In this document: in pieces, positions 29,823 through 40,376 of the stretch
How the letters are laid out: each line of letters begins with the position of its first letter
Numbering within the stretch: the stretch's first letter is position 1
Origin: a virus
IMG/VR virus record: IMGVR_UViG_3300027302_000005
Location: 1 to 64,000 of that record
Reading direction: 5' to 3' (one strand)
DNA length: 64,000 bases
Notes under the pieces: generated by a model
What the model was told of the DNA's origin: nothing
What the model saw: the letters and a program-made list of their open reading frames with translations, nothing else
Database searches by the model: none
Made by a program: the position numbers and the translations under genes

Positions 29823-29852
29823 TTGACAAGCACAAGGATGTGCTGTTATGCT
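29823..29852 (+). promoter_or_regulatory. sigma70 promoter TTGACA-N18-TATGCT with AGCACA-AGGA-TGTGCT hairpin in the spacer
   Basis: Read directly. Confidence 0.65.
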
Positions 29853-29894
29853 TCACTTACTTTAACAGACAAGCCGAATGGTTGGAGAATTGAC

Positions 29895-30458
29895 ATGAAC
29901 AAACCTAAACTGAAAGACATCGGTATTACCACAGAAAACTACCGGGAACATCTGAAAATTGGTGATAAGGTATGGGTGGATGAGGGTGGAGAGAGTGTTG
30001 CTACTGTTGTGGAGTTCGATGATAGGGTTAAAACTGACCTCAAAGTTAAGGTGGATGGGGATTGCGATTCGTGGCCTTGGTTGTATAACATCCACCTCAT
30101 TGACAACGAAGCACCTGAAAGCCATGATACCACTCAATTCAAAGCAATGAAGATTCGTATCAAAGATGAAGAACATTCTCGTCTTGTGCAGGAGACACTG
30201 TTTGGGATGGGGTGTGGGTGGGATTATGACAGTAAAACGGTGAAACACACAGGCGAAGAGGTTCTCTGGGTAGATGATGGAACTATCTCTTACTCTGATA
30301 TGAGTAGTTTCAATGAGTTTCCAAATAAGGAGATGGAACTTGTCACTTCCTACTCTCTTCGGCCTATACCGAAGTCAGAAAAAGACTTGCAAATTGAAGC
30401 CCTGCAAAAGCAGATTGAAGCTTTGCAAGAACAACTGAACGAACTGAAAAATGACTAG
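29895..30458 (+). CDS. hypothetical protein
   Basis: GGAG RBS before MNKPK. Confidence 0.7.
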   Translation: MNKPKLKDIGITTENYREHLKIGDKVWVDEGGESVATVVEFDDRVKTDLKVKVDGDCDSWPWLYNIHLIDNEAPESHDTTQFKAMKIRIKDEEHSRLVQETLFGMGCGWDYDSKTVKHTGEEVLWVDDGTISYSDMSSFNEFPNKEMELVTSYSLRPIPKSEKDLQIEALQKQIEALQEQLNELKND

Positions 30459-30741
30459 AGAAGAACTTTCTTCACATCTTCTGTCCCTTGGGTGGGAGAT
30501 GTCACATTTCGGTAATCTATCCACTCTTGTAACACAAGTGGGGAGACATGGATTGCCAGTTGTTGTAAAATACACTATCCGCTTCACCAAGGTTAGTGCT
30601 ATAATTTACAAGGAAGACGTAGAAGCTCCGTTGACACTTGGTTGGTTTCAACGTAACATCCGGCTAGGAAGCAGTAAGCTGATTGGCATAACGCCTAGAG
30701 AGGATGGGAGTGTTTGTATTGGTGGCGTTGTTATTAAATGA
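30451..30741 (+). CDS. hypothetical protein
   Basis: Operon packing. Confidence 0.55.
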   Translation: MTREELSSHLLSLGWEMSHFGNLSTLVTQVGRHGLPVVVKYTIRFTKVSAIIYKEDVEAPLTLGWFQRNIRLGSSKLIGITPREDGSVCIGGVVIK

Positions 30742-30756
30742 CTAGAGAGAAGAATC

Positions 30757-31020
30757 ATGCTTGAAGCAGTGTATTTGGTAGGGTGTGTTGTATTTGTTGG
30801 TATCTATGGATACTGGTGTCAGACACACATTGAGAACAAAGCCTTGATGTTCTTTGCTTCTCTGGTTGGTGGGATGATTATTGGGACAGCTATTCATGTT
30901 GTTCTGGTTGATTCAGTCAACAACACAAACACAGATGTAGGTTTTTGGATGGAAGCTGCAAAGATGCAGATTATTGACATTGAACAGGAAGATCGTTCAG
31001 TTTTTGAAGCAGGAAATTAA
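30757..31020 (+). CDS. membrane protein
   Basis: Two hydrophobic segments. Confidence 0.55.
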   Translation: MLEAVYLVGCVVFVGIYGYWCQTHIENKALMFFASLVGGMIIGTAIHVVLVDSVNNTNTDVGFWMEAAKMQIIDIEQEDRSVFEAGN

Positions 31021-31159
31021 AAGAGAGTGGTGAAGGAAATGTTTGAAATGATGCGGGTGGAGACGCTACAATCCTTTGTAGCGTTTTCTATTACAGTTGT
31101 TGTCGCTATGGCGATGCTTTGGTTGTTCTACAATAATGACAACGACAGGTGGCCGTAAA

Positions 31160-31573
31160 TCATGGCAACTTAGGATTACTCACGTTCATTCTAGTCTCTA
31201 GCACTTGAATGCGTTGACTCACTTCGCTTATCTTCCCTTCATGCTCTTTGATGTTGGTTAGTCCATCTTTAGCTATGAACAGACCGAGAGCGGCAACAAT
31301 ACTCACTGTCACCCCACCTACAGCGAAAGCTCCCTTCAACCATCCCATCCCTTGATCTATCTGTTGTTTCTTCTTGTCGTAATCTTCCCTGAGCTTATCC
31401 ACTTCCTTGGACAAGTTGTCGTGCTTTTCATTGTAGACAATAGCCTTGTCAATCTTGGTTTGAATATCCATCAGCACTTTCTGGATACCATTCAACACCA
31501 CATCGTTTGTCCCTTTCTCAGCTTCCAGCCTTGTAACACGATTAAGAATATCTTGTTGTTGCTCAGGTGTCAT
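31160..31573 (-). CDS. lysis-associated membrane protein (coiled coil plus one TM)
   Basis: Follows the holin; TM AFAVGGVTVSIVAALGLFI. Confidence 0.65.
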   Translation of the reverse strand: MTPEQQQDILNRVTRLEAEKGTNDVVLNGIQKVLMDIQTKIDKAIVYNEKHDNLSKEVDKLREDYDKKKQQIDQGMGWLKGAFAVGGVTVSIVAALGLFIAKDGLTNIKEHEGKISEVSQRIQVLETRMNVSNPKLP

Positions 31574-31865
31574 TTGATTCCATCCCTCTTGTCTTGGTTT
31601 CCGTATTCTTAGTCATTACGTAAGAGACGCTGCTTCCAGTAATCAACAAACCAATAATCCACAACAACGTTTCATTCAGTGTAGAATATACAAACTGAAA
31701 CTGAATAGCAGGAACACCAATACTAAGGCCAACGATAACACCTAACATTGTGAAAGAGACAATAGCGGCAACCAACACACCTATTACATATCCAAGACGT
31801 TTTGTACTAGGGAAAGATGTCTTTGCATCTGACATTGCTTTCTGAATAAACTCAATCCATTTCAT
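31563..31865 (-). CDS. putative holin
   Basis: 100 aa, two TM segments, directly after the endolysin. Confidence 0.7.
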   Translation of the reverse strand: MKWIEFIQKAMSDAKTSFPSTKRLGYVIGVLVAAIVSFTMLGVIVGLSIGVPAIQFQFVYSTLNETLLWIIGLLITGSSVSYVMTKNTETKTRGMESNDT

Positions 31866-32509
31866 TTCTTTTTATTCTCCGATAGCAAATCAGCCAATAT
31901 CTTCTTTCTCAATGTTTCACGTTCTGGGTGACCAAGAGCAGCACTTCCGTTAATCCCTTTTGTAACAGATAACCAATTGCCAGCATCTACACTGGCATTC
32001 AACAACCTGCTTTGCCACCACCAAGCCCCACATAGAACGGCATACCAAGGCTCTTCCAGAAACTCAGGATGTTGAACTACATCGACACCAGAAGCTTTGA
32101 AGAAAGCTTTATAGTTGTCCTTGAACGTCAGATGGCAAGCCCCTCTTCCCCTGTATCTATACCCATCACCAGACTGTTCATCTCCGTTGCCATATTTATT
32201 GGCATATACACGGTTGGCAATGTTAGCCGGTTTCCCGGCATACAGCTTGGCTAGATAAAGAGAGGGAAACTTACTTGGGAATACAGCCATAAGTCGCTCA
32301 GGGGACGTGTAATTGGTGTTCTCTACCAACCTAGTCCACCCCATTGTCTCATGTCCAAACTGCCCTAAAAAGGCAGATAGACGCTCTGGCGTGGCATTGA
32401 TTCCATCCTTAGTTAGAAGCTGATTGAAGGCTGCTACATAGTCTCTGGTTTCCTTACATTTAGGGAACCAACGTTTCAGTTGTTCTTCGGTTAGTTGAAT
32501 TGCTGTCAT
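31862..32509 (-). CDS. endolysin, glycoside hydrolase family 19
   Basis: AFLGQFGHET..LVEN.NY, IANRVY, GDGYRYRGRG, TKGING. Confidence 0.95.
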   Translation of the reverse strand: MTAIQLTEEQLKRWFPKCKETRDYVAAFNQLLTKDGINATPERLSAFLGQFGHETMGWTRLVENTNYTSPERLMAVFPSKFPSLYLAKLYAGKPANIANRVYANKYGNGDEQSGDGYRYRGRGACHLTFKDNYKAFFKASGVDVVQHPEFLEEPWYAVLCGAWWWQSRLLNASVDAGNWLSVTKGINGSAALGHPERETLRKKILADLLSENKKK

Positions 32510-32530
32510 GTTGTATGTTCCCTATTTATT

Positions 32531-33610
32531 TTAATAACCGATTGCAAACCAAGTGATAGCTCTACCGTTGCTTCCAGCAACAACCTTATCTGCATGAAAT
32601 ACAAAAGAGGATGCACTCATTGTACGCAACGATATAATCATTTCGCAATCAGATTGATTAGCCACGTTGTACAGGGTTGGTGTTACAACAAGGCAAGCTG
32701 TCGGGAAAGAAACAGGAAGGTTGATAGTGGTTTGCTCACCATCTGTAAAGTTACTTCCCTTGTCATACACTCCCCATTGCAGAATCAATCCACCGGGGAG
32801 CTTCTGATACCCGTTAGTTGTCAATCCTTGCTGACCAGAGTCATTGAAGAAGCCAGTGAAGGAGCCGGGAGTCATAAACTTGGTTGTGCTTGTCCCTGTC
32901 TTGGCATCAGCAATAGAAGCAGTCTTTGCAACAAGGTTGGTGGCCAGCTTCAAGGACGTAACGTATGCCAAGTCGTCAGCACCAGCATTCACTTCAGCCT
33001 GTGTAGCAATCTCACTAATACCAGCAGTAGTCTCAGTGGCTTGTCCTGTCTTAGCATCAAACTGACTCTTACGGACGGCATGATTACCACTTGTTGCAGT
33101 ACCAACCAAGAATGTCTGACTGCTATTCCCTGCCTTTGGGGCAAATGTAGCATCACATTCAGCAATCGAATATACAGAGAGATTAGAACGTGCTGCTGTT
33201 ACATTAGACAATCCAGCCAAAGTTCCATAATTGGTAATATGACTTGTAAGGGCTGAATTAACAGTGGAAGCAGCACCATAATCATCAAAAGCACGAGTCC
33301 AATATCCTGTTTCAACGTCAGGGGTTTTGTTAGTGCCTGTCTGAATCGCTTTATAGACGATTCCGTTATATTGAACATAGCTTGCATACCCGGAAGCATA
33401 TTGGTATTCAGTAGTGCTGTCCCACTCACTAACCCCCATCTGGTAGGAATAAGCAATCCCTTTATCTTGACGATTCTGAATCCAGTTCATGTATTCGTTA
33501 GCTGGTTTCTCAACAACCCAACCAGTTTGTTTCTTTACATCACTAGGAACAGAAATACTTCCAGCTTGCGCCCACTGAATGCTAATATCGGGCTTACTAA
33601 TTTTAGCCAT
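32531..33610 (-). CDS. tail fibre protein
   Basis: N-terminal baseplate-attachment domain; ATETTAGISEIATQAE; C-terminal NGYQKLPGGLILQWG...WFAIGY. Confidence 0.9.
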   Translation of the reverse strand: MAKISKPDISIQWAQAGSISVPSDVKKQTGWVVEKPANEYMNWIQNRQDKGIAYSYQMGVSEWDSTTEYQYASGYASYVQYNGIVYKAIQTGTNKTPDVETGYWTRAFDDYGAASTVNSALTSHITNYGTLAGLSNVTAARSNLSVYSIAECDATFAPKAGNSSQTFLVGTATSGNHAVRKSQFDAKTGQATETTAGISEIATQAEVNAGADDLAYVTSLKLATNLVAKTASIADAKTGTSTTKFMTPGSFTGFFNDSGQQGLTTNGYQKLPGGLILQWGVYDKGSNFTDGEQTTINLPVSFPTACLVVTPTLYNVANQSDCEMIISLRTMSASSFVFHADKVVAGSNGRAITWFAIGY

Positions 33611-33627
33611 TATTTAGTTCTCCCATA

Positions 33628-34074
33628 TTACCAAGTAGCCAACGCAGCGCGTTTCCATGTGTTAGTGGCTGTACAGACATAAATATAATCTGAATCGACA
33701 GCCCAATCACCAGATGTTCCTGTAGCAGAAGCAGAAGCTGGAGCAGCGACCCATTTCTTCCCATACAATTTCCAATAAGCTGTTTCAGACGCTGGATTCT
33801 TGTTGGTTCCGGTTTGAATAGAAACGTATATATTTCCACTGTACGTTACAAAGCTGCTTCCATTCTGATATTCAATACTACTATCCCATTCAGGAATCCC
33901 TTGCTGATACAGATAAGCAATAGACTGGTCTTGACGATTCTCTACGTAGTTCCACCACTGGACAGGAGGTTTTTCAACAATCCAACCAAGCTCGATTTTT
34001 GCGTTTGTAGGGGAGGCCACATCCCCTCCCGATGCCCATTTATACGTCAATGACGGACGAGTTTCTTTTGCCAC
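33628..34074 (-). CDS. short tail-fibre-like protein, paralogous to the N-terminus of the fibre above
   Basis: Shares GW.VEKP...NRQD..IAY.YQ.G..EWDS..EYQ...IQTGTNK.P..ET.YW; ends YIYVCTATNTWKRAAL. Confidence 0.85.
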   Translation of the reverse strand: MAKETRPSLTYKWASGGDVASPTNAKIELGWIVEKPPVQWWNYVENRQDQSIAYLYQQGIPEWDSSIEYQNGSSFVTYSGNIYVSIQTGTNKNPASETAYWKLYGKKWVAAPASASATGTSGDWAVDSDYIYVCTATNTWKRAALATW

Positions 34075-34097
34075 TTTATTATTCTCCTAATCCGTTA

Positions 34098-35621
34098 TTA
34101 AACGAAAGCAAATCCAGTACGAGTAGACGGGGTTGTAAACTTCTTTCCGATACTGCTAATCACCCATCCACGCTTCACACCACCTGCTGCCAAAGCTCCT
34201 GTGTGTACAACAGTTACAGCTTCGGACAGGCATTTACCAGAGGTAATAACACCTGTGTTATGTGTAGCAACTAGCGTTCCGTCAATCCAGAACTGAACAC
34301 TCCCATCTGTATTAATCTTAATTCGCAACGCTCTGAAAATATCAACAGCAGCGGTAACAGCCGTGACAGTTGTTTCAGTTGTAGCATCAGAACCAGATTT
34401 ACATTGCCAGTATGTAGATGTGTTGTCAGTGAAGAAATAGGCGGCTGATCGGTCATTGCTAGATGTGGAATCAATACTTGCAAACGGGTCAGCAGCATAG
34501 GAAGCATGTCCACCTGTTGTAGCAGCACTGTAATACCCATTATAGAAGAAACCGAATCGCTGTTCAAAATTGTTTCCAGCAGTCGGTACGTTTCCATACA
34601 GTGAGGCAAACATAATGGTCTGGAAGGTTGCCCCTGTTGTCCACACGGTATCGCTCAGATTCAGATTTAATAAATCTGGCCTGCGAATCAAGGATGCGGA
34701 ATATGTAGTGGATGACGTATTGGAATACAGAGCTACTGCCCCAATTGCCTTTTCATATCCGCTAATAGCTGCGAAATCTGTTTGATAGAAGTTTGTTGAA
34801 TTGGAAGCAGGAGTGATATAAGGCCCATCACCAAACGGGGTTGTTCTGTTTACAAAGTGGTAGATACCTTCTATTGTGGTAGAAATATTAGTTGTATTGC
34901 TACTTACAAGAGAATCTACATAGCTCTTAACTGCCCCTTGAGTTGGATACAATGTATTGCTTGTACCGAGAGACGTAGAAGAATCTTTGTTAGCAGCATT
35001 CTCAGCTACATACCCGATGTTGTTCTGACCAATAGCCCAATTAGCTTGAGTGTTGCCGGGAGTGTCAATCAGTGCTCGTACTGTATCGCCCACTTCAACA
35101 GTTTGTGCAGTGGGGAGAGTGCCAGCTACGCTGATAGTCCAAATATCCCCTTTCTTGATAGCGCCAGCGGTTCCAGAGCCACCAGACGAAGGATAGGAGC
35201 CACCAGAAGCATTGAAGTTTCCACGGTCATTCCACAGGCCAGTGATAACGCTATCAGCGTAGGCTCTGTCACCAAGGGGGTCTAGCACCCAAGCAGAGCC
35301 GTTATAGCCAATCAACCGTCCACTATTAACATCCTTAACAAGCCAGCCATTCTGAGGGGTGTAGAACGTCCATCCAGCGTCAAGATACACAGCCAGCTTT
35401 GTAGATTGTCCACTCCATGCGCCGGAAGCACCAGCAGCAACGATGTATCTATCGCCGGATGTAGGGGAAACGGGTGGAGAGGAAAGCGTATAATCCTTGA
35501 CAGAACATTGCATCAGTGTGTCAATGCGTTTAAGGTTGGCATCCATGCCAGTGTTCCAGCCATCTTCCCCGGCTGTCCAAGCGTATTGAATCCCGTTATT
35601 GGGAAGAGTTGTAGCTGCCAT
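34098..35621 (-). CDS. tail/receptor-binding protein with N-terminal DUF2793-like domain
   Basis: PPVSPTSGDRYIVAAGASGAWSG...GWTFYTPQNGW; C-terminal lectin-like region. Confidence 0.8.
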   Translation of the reverse strand: MAATTLPNNGIQYAWTAGEDGWNTGMDANLKRIDTLMQCSVKDYTLSSPPVSPTSGDRYIVAAGASGAWSGQSTKLAVYLDAGWTFYTPQNGWLVKDVNSGRLIGYNGSAWVLDPLGDRAYADSVITGLWNDRGNFNASGGSYPSSGGSGTAGAIKKGDIWTISVAGTLPTAQTVEVGDTVRALIDTPGNTQANWAIGQNNIGYVAENAANKDSSTSLGTSNTLYPTQGAVKSYVDSLVSSNTTNISTTIEGIYHFVNRTTPFGDGPYITPASNSTNFYQTDFAAISGYEKAIGAVALYSNTSSTTYSASLIRRPDLLNLNLSDTVWTTGATFQTIMFASLYGNVPTAGNNFEQRFGFFYNGYYSAATTGGHASYAADPFASIDSTSSNDRSAAYFFTDNTSTYWQCKSGSDATTETTVTAVTAAVDIFRALRIKINTDGSVQFWIDGTLVATHNTGVITSGKCLSEAVTVVHTGALAAGGVKRGWVISSIGKKFTTPSTRTGFAFV

Positions 35622-35636
35622 TATTATTTTCCATCC

Positions 35637-36410
35637 TTATTGTAAATCTGCAATATACCCACCAACATCGGGGTCGGCTGCTGGCGTTCCATAAGAGCCT
35701 CCATAACCATATCCATACCCGCCATCTAGCGTACTTAATGTAGAAGCATTAGGGTCTTCATAGAAACCAAAGTAATCTTCTTCAAAGAATACATAATCAA
35801 CCGCTACACCGATAGGAATAGGGATGATACTTCCTTGCTCACTAAGCCCTTTAAGGAAATAGGCTTGGAAGTCAGTAAGGTTGTTCTGTACCTCAAGCGT
35901 TATATGAGCAAAAGGTTGTTCAACCAGCGTCGTATTGGCATTACCTGTAACAAAGTTAATCCCGCTGATAATAGCTTCAGGTGTTGCTCTGGTTGTATTG
36001 GCAATAATACGAGCCTTAATCAAAAACCTATACGTTTCATCATCAACTTCAGCACTAGCCCCTTCTGACTGATTAACGCTACGAAACAAACCACCAATCG
36101 TGCTATCAGATATTGTTCCGAAAGTTTCAGCAGCCGTTGCCCCATCAAATCCAAAATAAGGGAAAGCATCGTAATTCACCAATGTTCTGGGTTGACCAAC
36201 AATATCACCGATCAAATCGAGTTGTGCGCCTGTGGCAGTTTCAATACTACGCAACTGCATTAGGTCTTTATAAACCCCTTGAAGCTCATTCAAGGAATCC
36301 ATAATCAGTTTAAGATAGGCATCAAAGACAGGCTTGTTCTTAAACTGTTCCGTCACTCTCCCTCTGCCTTGAGACAAATAATCAACTTCGGTAAAAGCAT
36401 TAGTAGCCAT
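35637..36410 (-). CDS. baseplate wedge protein (DUF2612-like)
   Basis: ATGAQLDLIGDIVGQPR...DDETYRFLIKARII. Confidence 0.85.
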   Translation of the reverse strand: MATNAFTEVDYLSQGRGRVTEQFKNKPVFDAYLKLIMDSLNELQGVYKDLMQLRSIETATGAQLDLIGDIVGQPRTLVNYDAFPYFGFDGATAAETFGTISDSTIGGLFRSVNQSEGASAEVDDETYRFLIKARIIANTTRATPEAIISGINFVTGNANTTLVEQPFAHITLEVQNNLTDFQAYFLKGLSEQGSIIPIPIGVAVDYVFFEEDYFGFYEDPNASTLSTLDGGYGYGYGGSYGTPAADPDVGGYIADLQ

Positions 36411-36427
36411 GTTGCTTTTCTCCGTTA

Positions 36428-37879
36428 TTAACTATTGACAACAATATCAGCAAGAGTGATAGTGGCTCGTTTATAATAATCTACAGTGACATTGGTAGTT
36501 GCAACAGGTGGGTTGACATCGTCCACCTTCAAAGATGTTACATAGTGACCAGCAACAGTGTTGATTGGTGTGTAGAGACGGCTGTATATAACATCATCAC
36601 CAATTCTCAATCCATCAATATAGTCTTTGATAGCTTGCTTAATCTGGTCATCGCCATTAACAGGATAATCAGCATCTGTGGTTACATCTACTTCAATATA
36701 GATGGGCAGATCGGTAGGGCGATCAAACGAAACATCATGGCTCACACCTTGACTGTCAACAACACTTTCTGTCACTGTACCATAGCTCAAGATACCGGCA
36801 GGTTTGTTGTCCCAAATGGCTTGAGCAATATCAATAGTGCTACCACCTAGAACAATAGGGTAGAATGAGTGAGCAGGAACACCAATCCCATTGGTTGTAT
36901 CTGTTTCATTTTCATAAATGATGACTTGTTCAACACCATCAATTTTAAGAATGGCAGCGTAGATAGCTTCGTATGTATTCACACTGTCTTGGAACTTAGC
37001 CAAAGCATATCGTGTACGCAGTTCACTATCTGTCTCAATGTTTGTCCCTTCCACAGCAGCCGAAGGGTTGGTAACTGTATCCCAACCAATAACAGGAGAC
37101 TGAATGCTCTGGATTGTATTAGCAGCTTGGCTATTAGGGCCAGTTTCAGTGCAGGTAGCACTAACACTCTTCTTAACTTTACTGATGTCCCAATCTGTAC
37201 CAACATCGAATGTACAAGTGTATCCCTGATTAACTTCCTGAATCAGTGCTTCGCTATCAACAAGCGTTGCAATCAAGTAAGTGTCATGGTTTGTATTAAC
37301 TTCGGTGATTATAGCGTTGACAATCTCCGATTCAGTAGCAGAAGAATCAGAAGTAATAGAAACAGTAACAGGAGAAGCATTGATACCAGAAATCTGATAG
37401 GTAAAACTATAAACCGTAGAGTTGGCAACAGTTGCCGGAGAAATCTGTACAGCAACACACAACCCTTCATCCAGAGTGATTTCACTGTCAGTGCTAAATA
37501 CTTTCCCCGTAGAAGAAGAACGAACATTACTATCAACAGGGATGATCGTGCCGTAGTCACCATAACATACAAGCTCCGCTGTAGATGCTGTAGCACTCTT
37601 ACGAGCCACACCACCAGTTAATGTGATATTCTCTAAGGCATTCCCTGTGGCTTCATTAATGTCATAAGCCGCATATACATCTTGGGCTGCTTCCCACAAA
37701 TCAGCAATAGGGGCGGCAAACAAATTAATGTATCGACCAAGAACAGATGTATCGCTTGTATTAACAATATCCCCCGGCTCGACAAGAGAAGCAAACTCGC
37801 TTTCCGCTTTAGCCTTCAGTTCCGCAATAATATCATTCAGGCGTTTTACTGAAAAGCCTGTGCTAGAAAGTCCAGCCAT
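36428..37879 (-). CDS. baseplate J-like wedge protein
   Basis: ATGNALE, GTNIETDSELRTR, KPAGILSYG. Confidence 0.92.
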   Translation of the reverse strand: MAGLSSTGFSVKRLNDIIAELKAKAESEFASLVEPGDIVNTSDTSVLGRYINLFAAPIADLWEAAQDVYAAYDINEATGNALENITLTGGVARKSATASTAELVCYGDYGTIIPVDSNVRSSSTGKVFSTDSEITLDEGLCVAVQISPATVANSTVYSFTYQISGINASPVTVSITSDSSATESEIVNAIITEVNTNHDTYLIATLVDSEALIQEVNQGYTCTFDVGTDWDISKVKKSVSATCTETGPNSQAANTIQSIQSPVIGWDTVTNPSAAVEGTNIETDSELRTRYALAKFQDSVNTYEAIYAAILKIDGVEQVIIYENETDTTNGIGVPAHSFYPIVLGGSTIDIAQAIWDNKPAGILSYGTVTESVVDSQGVSHDVSFDRPTDLPIYIEVDVTTDADYPVNGDDQIKQAIKDYIDGLRIGDDVIYSRLYTPINTVAGHYVTSLKVDDVNPPVATTNVTVDYYKRATITLADIVVNS

Positions 37880-37906
37880 TGTGTTTCTCCTTTCTTGTTA
37901 TCTTTT

Positions 37907-38275
37907 CTATGCCGTAGGGACGATATTGAATGTTTGTGTTGCTGTAATAGCTCCGTTCTCTGTCCTCACTTTAAAAGAACAAGAGAACTTCCTATCTGTA
38001 GAAATGGACGAGGAATATGACAAGATTTGCAAAGCATCTGGTTCTTTCAATATCTGTTCTTGCAGCAAAGCATCTACAGCAGCTTTGGAACGATTCTTAC
38101 CAAACACTCTATTCCACCAATCCACACCTAACGTATTGTCCATAAACCACTCCCCTTGGAATGTATTTAAGCGGATACGAATACGTTGTGCCAAATCTTC
38201 AGCACCAATACTGGTTACAGAGCTTTCACCACCAGTGAAGCTAATATCGCCACTGTCATCTAATTTAATATCCAT
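37907..38275 (-). CDS. baseplate wedge/sheath initiator (gp25/gp46-like)
   Basis: LAQRIRIRLNTFQGEWFMDNTLGVDW. Confidence 0.85.
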   Translation of the reverse strand: MDIKLDDSGDISFTGGESSVTSIGAEDLAQRIRIRLNTFQGEWFMDNTLGVDWWNRVFGKNRSKAAVDALLQEQILKEPDALQILSYSSSISTDRKFSCSFKVRTENGAITATQTFNIVPTA

Positions 38276-38285
38276 GTGTTTCTCC

Positions 38286-39053
38286 TTAGACAACAGCAAC
38301 CGTATTGCCATTCCACGTAAATACAGGGCTTGTCACAACACAGCTTGTTGATGCACTGATTGCCACTAACGGCGAAGTGATAGTTGCGGATGTTACAGCG
38401 TTAATCGCCGCAATTGGTGCGGTAATTGTTGCCAGTGTCGTGGCTGTAGCATATATTGCCGGTGCAGAAACAGTGGCAGATGTTGAAGCCGTGACATTCA
38501 CAGTGGGGGCGATAGCTTCAATCTTCACAGGAGATGTTATTTTTATTTCCCCTGTAGGCTTCATCCGTATTTCACATTCATTGTCTGCCCCAATGTTATG
38601 GACAATAACAGCATCTTGTGTTGAATGTGGGAGAGTACGATTGGTTTGCTTATTGATTGACAATCCAAACGGGTGAATACCGGGGATAGCTACAGCATCT
38701 CTCTTGTCAAAACGTCTGTAATCATTAGGCGGTTGAACTGTTCCATCACCAGATTTGAATACATCCATACTGACTTGGCTGAACATCAACCACACCGTAT
38801 CACCCGCTTTAACAGGGAATGTAAAAGCACTTGTGCTGCTGGATTGGAATATCAACGGGACAGAGAGGATAGTGGGATGTTCTTCATCCTCAGTCCAGTC
38901 AGGGAAAACCATATTCACCATTGGCTTGACATCAACACGACATTCTTCTTCGTTTCTAACACCCATCACAATACCGGGCATAGCTGTATATACGCCACGC
39001 ATTTGGTATTCAAAGAAGGCTTTCATTGCGCTTTCAAAAGTCATGTCTGTCAT
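38286..39053 (-). CDS. baseplate central spike (Gp138-like N-terminus)
   Basis: YTAMPGIV, FPVKAGD, RRFDKRDAVAIPG; repetitive beta-helix C-terminus. Confidence 0.88.
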   Translation of the reverse strand: MTDMTFESAMKAFFEYQMRGVYTAMPGIVMGVRNEEECRVDVKPMVNMVFPDWTEDEEHPTILSVPLIFQSSSTSAFTFPVKAGDTVWLMFSQVSMDVFKSGDGTVQPPNDYRRFDKRDAVAIPGIHPFGLSINKQTNRTLPHSTQDAVIVHNIGADNECEIRMKPTGEIKITSPVKIEAIAPTVNVTASTSATVSAPAIYATATTLATITAPIAAINAVTSATITSPLVAISASTSCVVTSPVFTWNGNTVAVV

Positions 39054-40039
39054 TGCTTTTCTTCTGCCTCTACGCTATCACCCCAAAGTTCCATATACCA
39101 TTCTTGCCCGCGAGTATCACCTTTGAAATTGACAGAGCGGACACGATAGAAGTTGTCGAATTGCTTATCGTCCGTAACAACCTTGAATAAGCTATTTGGC
39201 CTCACTTCAGGATTTAACAAAGCTTTAGCTCTTAGGCCATATCGGACAACGCGCAGCTTGCTAATCTTTCTAGGTGTTCCATCTTTCTTTAAGGAAGGTT
39301 TCTTGGATGGAAGGAACAACTCATCCTCTTTATCCAAGGCTTGCCCAACACTCTTACTCACTTCTTCGCTGTCAATGAATGGGATGTCGAGAAGCCCACT
39401 GTCCTTACTAAGAACAATAGCTCTTTCATATTCCCCACCATTCAATCCGTAGCGGTCAGTGACAAGCAGGTTTCCATCTACAATCTTCCATTCAATTGCA
39501 TATGTCTTTGCAATCTCGTCCAATACTTGCTTACCAGTGCCGTAAGCGGGGTAGCCGTACATACACTTGAGAGAGAGCCAATCCCCTTTAGCTGGCTTGT
39601 TGTAAGACAACGACAAGTCGGAAGCAATCTTGGCAATCACATTCTCAAGATAAATATCTTCAGGGAAGGAATAGTTGATTTTCTTGATAGCCAGCTTTGT
39701 ATAGTCAAGAGCCAATTCAAACGTAGTGATTCTGTCGCTTCCTTGGCGAGTGGTGCGGATATTGAGAACATCACCATTGACAATGGTTTTAATGTTCCCT
39801 TTATATCCAGCATCTAATGTAATACTTCCCCACCTTGTACCAATGCTTTCAATTGTACTATCTTGCAGGTTGTAGATGGAGATGGTTCCACGATTGGTTT
39901 TCTCTTTATTGTCTACATACAACTCAATATCAAACTGAATACGTAAGTCTTTAAGCTGGACAATATCCCCATTGACAGGGTTTTTGAATGTAAGGAGATA
40001 GTCTCTATCCCACTGAATGTTTTCATAAGTGGTAGCCAT
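39050..40039 (-). CDS. baseplate hub protein
   Basis: ISIYNL, LDAGY, ALLNPEVRP, GDTRGQEW. Confidence 0.85.
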   Translation of the reverse strand: MATTYENIQWDRDYLLTFKNPVNGDIVQLKDLRIQFDIELYVDNKEKTNRGTISIYNLQDSTIESIGTRWGSITLDAGYKGNIKTIVNGDVLNIRTTRQGSDRITTFELALDYTKLAIKKINYSFPEDIYLENVIAKIASDLSLSYNKPAKGDWLSLKCMYGYPAYGTGKQVLDEIAKTYAIEWKIVDGNLLVTDRYGLNGGEYERAIVLSKDSGLLDIPFIDSEEVSKSVGQALDKEDELFLPSKKPSLKKDGTPRKISKLRVVRYGLRAKALLNPEVRPNSLFKVVTDDKQFDNFYRVRSVNFKGDTRGQEWYMELWGDSVEAEEKQ

Positions 40040-40057
40040 ATTCTCCCCTTTATACAA

Positions 40058-40375
40058 TTAACCAAAAAACCCAAGAAGGAAGTTATCAGCCCAAGATTTT
40101 ATTGTTGTTTCATTTTCTTCAACATTGTCATTCAGCTTTGCAAGATAAAGACAACCGTTTATTCCCACTTCATACATCTCAGGTGAGAAGATGTTATAAT
40201 CACTAACAACTTTCTTACTGTCAAGGACAACAGTCCCGTCTTGTAAAGTGATTGTGACGTAGTAATACTTGCTTCTGAAGTTGTAGTTGAAAGTTAATGT
40301 ACAGGCTACATTGTTGAGGCTAGTAGAATATGTAAATGATGGAAGGTTGTACAGTGGAAGCAATGTGATGTTCAT
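40058..40375 (-). CDS. virion structural protein (baseplate plug-like)
   Basis: Position and size typical of this module. Confidence 0.65.
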   Translation of the reverse strand: MNITLLPLYNLPSFTYSTSLNNVACTLTFNYNFRSKYYYVTITLQDGTVVLDSKKVVSDYNIFSPEMYEVGINGCLYLAKLNDNVEENETTIKSWADNFLLGFFG

Positions 40376-40376
40376 A

